Source: Sphaerodactylus townsendi (taxonomy: Eukaryota). From it: 64,000 bases of DNA. Shown one piece after another: positions 61,951 through 64,000 of the stretch; position 1 is the stretch's first letter, and each line of letters starts with the position of its first letter. The notes under the pieces were generated by a model. The model ran no database searches, was not told the origin of the DNA, and was given only the letters and a program-made list of their open reading frames with translations. The translations under genes were made by a program, and so were the position numbers. The stretch is from contig NC_059429.1 of NCBI RefSeq assembly GCF_021028975.2, forward strand, positions 111,290,001 through 111,354,000, read 5' to 3'.

Positions 61951-64000
61951 TTATATTCTTTTGAATTACTGGCTTTTGCATGAACTTACCCTTACCCTTT
62001 CAATTGATACTTGCTTGTCTTGAATACTTTACTGCAATAAAATCAGACACATTTTGGCTGAGAGACAGAATTTGGCTGTGCTTTTAGACTGACAGCCTCA
62101 ATTACATACACAAACTGATTTTCTTCATGAAGACATATTTACAGTGCTTAAGGCTGTCTGGTCCACTCTTCATCTTCACATCATTCCTGAAACTGGCAGT
62201 GGCATAGATGTGTCTGGATTAATTTTGTTTGCGTGGAACATTCCAGCTACTTCTATATTCTCCAATTTATTTAAAAATTATTTCATTAAAAACATATTTG
62301 AACATATTTATTGGCTTTTTAAAATATAGCTGTTTTAATTATTTCCCCCCAGCTTGGTCACAGTTTCAGGAAATTTTTATTTCCTAATGATAATTAGGAA
62401 TTCCTGACTTTTACTAGTTTTTAAATACGAGAACCCTGTTTGATGCAAACTTTAAGCAGAGGCGTAGCTGCAAGGGGACAGGGGGCGATGCACCGAGCAT
62501 GTGCCCCTGTGGGGATGTGGTGAGGGTGTTCTGGGGCGGGACAGGGGTGGAGGATTCACCGGTGCACCGGGTGCTTTCCCCCCTTGCTATGCCTCTGACT
62601 TTAAGAGCTAGGAAAAACTTCTGCCTGTGCAAGTGGTATATGTAGGTAGAAACCAAAACATAGGGAGGGAGAGCAAGAGCAGTCATACTGGCCCCATCCC
62701 CTCCTACACATATCCAGCCAGGAAACCTATGCCTTATCCCCTGCCTATGCACAGATAGCCAGGTATCCTCTATTTTCTGAACTCTCCCCTTGCCAACAGC
62801 CACAGTGCCCCCTTGTTTTGCTGTTACAGTTTTGGTGGTTCCACCTAACATAGTAGGAGAATGCACTATACTTGTATCACATTGCCTTATTCACAAAAAA
62901 TGGCAATGTTGCTATTGAGAAAGTTGCACACAGTGTGCTGCCCCCACATGTGAGGCAGGAGAACCAAATTAGTAGTGACTGAAAAGGGCTACTACAGAAG
63001 CATGGCTGCGCAGGAGTACGCCTGCACCCCTGTGGCCCCGTCTCCTCCCCCCGGTCTCCCCCTTACCTTTTCCACCTTTCTGCCGGCTGAAAACAGGCCA
63101 GGCTGGTGGGGTGGGGCCAGGCCTGGAGGGGCGAGGGGGTTGGGGAGTGATTTTTGTTCCCCCAGGTACACATCTGGTGCAATGCGCCCCCGCCCTCTTT
63201 TAGCTCTGCCACTGGGCTACTAGGTCCAAATAAAGCTGCTTTATACCAGGTCAGCCTGTTGGTTCATATGATTCAATAATGTCTGTTTTGACAAACAGGG
63301 AAAGGCCTTCCCAATACCTGCCTGTCTTCCTGATATTCTTTAAGTGGAAATGCTAAGGATTGAACCAGGGACCTTCTGGGTGCATGGCTTTCCCATAGAG
63401 CCGTAGCTCATCTCATGCATCCAACCTAGAGTCCAAAAATCAATAACAAACATTGATATGAATTGGTGCTTTGCAAAACCCCTCCCATGTCTGTGTGCTT
63501 CTCCCATTCCTATTGGTAGGGTTTGTTCAGGAAAGTCTAATGTGTTGCAACCTTTGTTAATCTGATTGACTACACAGTCTTCTAGTAGTGATTCATTTGT
63601 CTCTGCAAAGATGTTAATTGGAGACTAGCAGATGTTTGAGGTAACAGACCTTGTCATAAAAGACCTGGGGTAATTTTACACTCATGCTTTTGTATCAGCA
63701 GAACTAACCAATATTAATGGGGAGGCATAAATAGGGAATTAGTTTGTTGATGGATGGCCTGTTTTTATGGCAGTGTTTGTTCTCAGCCATAGCTTCATGA
63801 GTTTCAAATAAAGATGTATTGCGTTGTTGCAAACAACAAACTTGCATTTAAATTGCCGCTTTGTTTGGTTAAGTACACAAAAGAGGGAACCAGAGTTCCA
63901 TTTTGATGTATATTGTGAGAAGAAAACACTGATTTTTTAAATCTGCATCTGCTATTCGCAACCAGTGTGATGTATATCTACACACACAAACTGTTTTTCT

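Overview
Vertebrate genomic DNA, most likely a squamate (lizard/gecko-like), judged from its repeats: CR1, L2, BovB-like RTE, Sauria-type SINEs, SPIN and other hAT MITEs, Penelope-like and DIRS fragments. The window covers the conserved GDAP1L1-OSER1-JPH2 block. It holds GDAP1L1 coding exon 1 (minus strand, gene runs off the left edge) and JPH2 coding exons 1-2 (plus strand, gene runs off the right edge). The main surprise is two intact, intron-containing, diverged OSER1 paralogues arranged head-to-head: copy A on minus (293 aa) and copy B on plus (279 aa). They flank a single CpG island carrying NRF1, GABP/ETS and CCAAT motifs and a 36-bp minisatellite. Other points of note are Penelope-type terminal repeats with minimal hammerhead ribozyme motifs, SPIN MITEs, several nested insertions, and an unexplained fold-back insertion with a 44-bp flanking duplication. 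Gene and repeat identities come from recalled sequences and were not confirmed by any database search.
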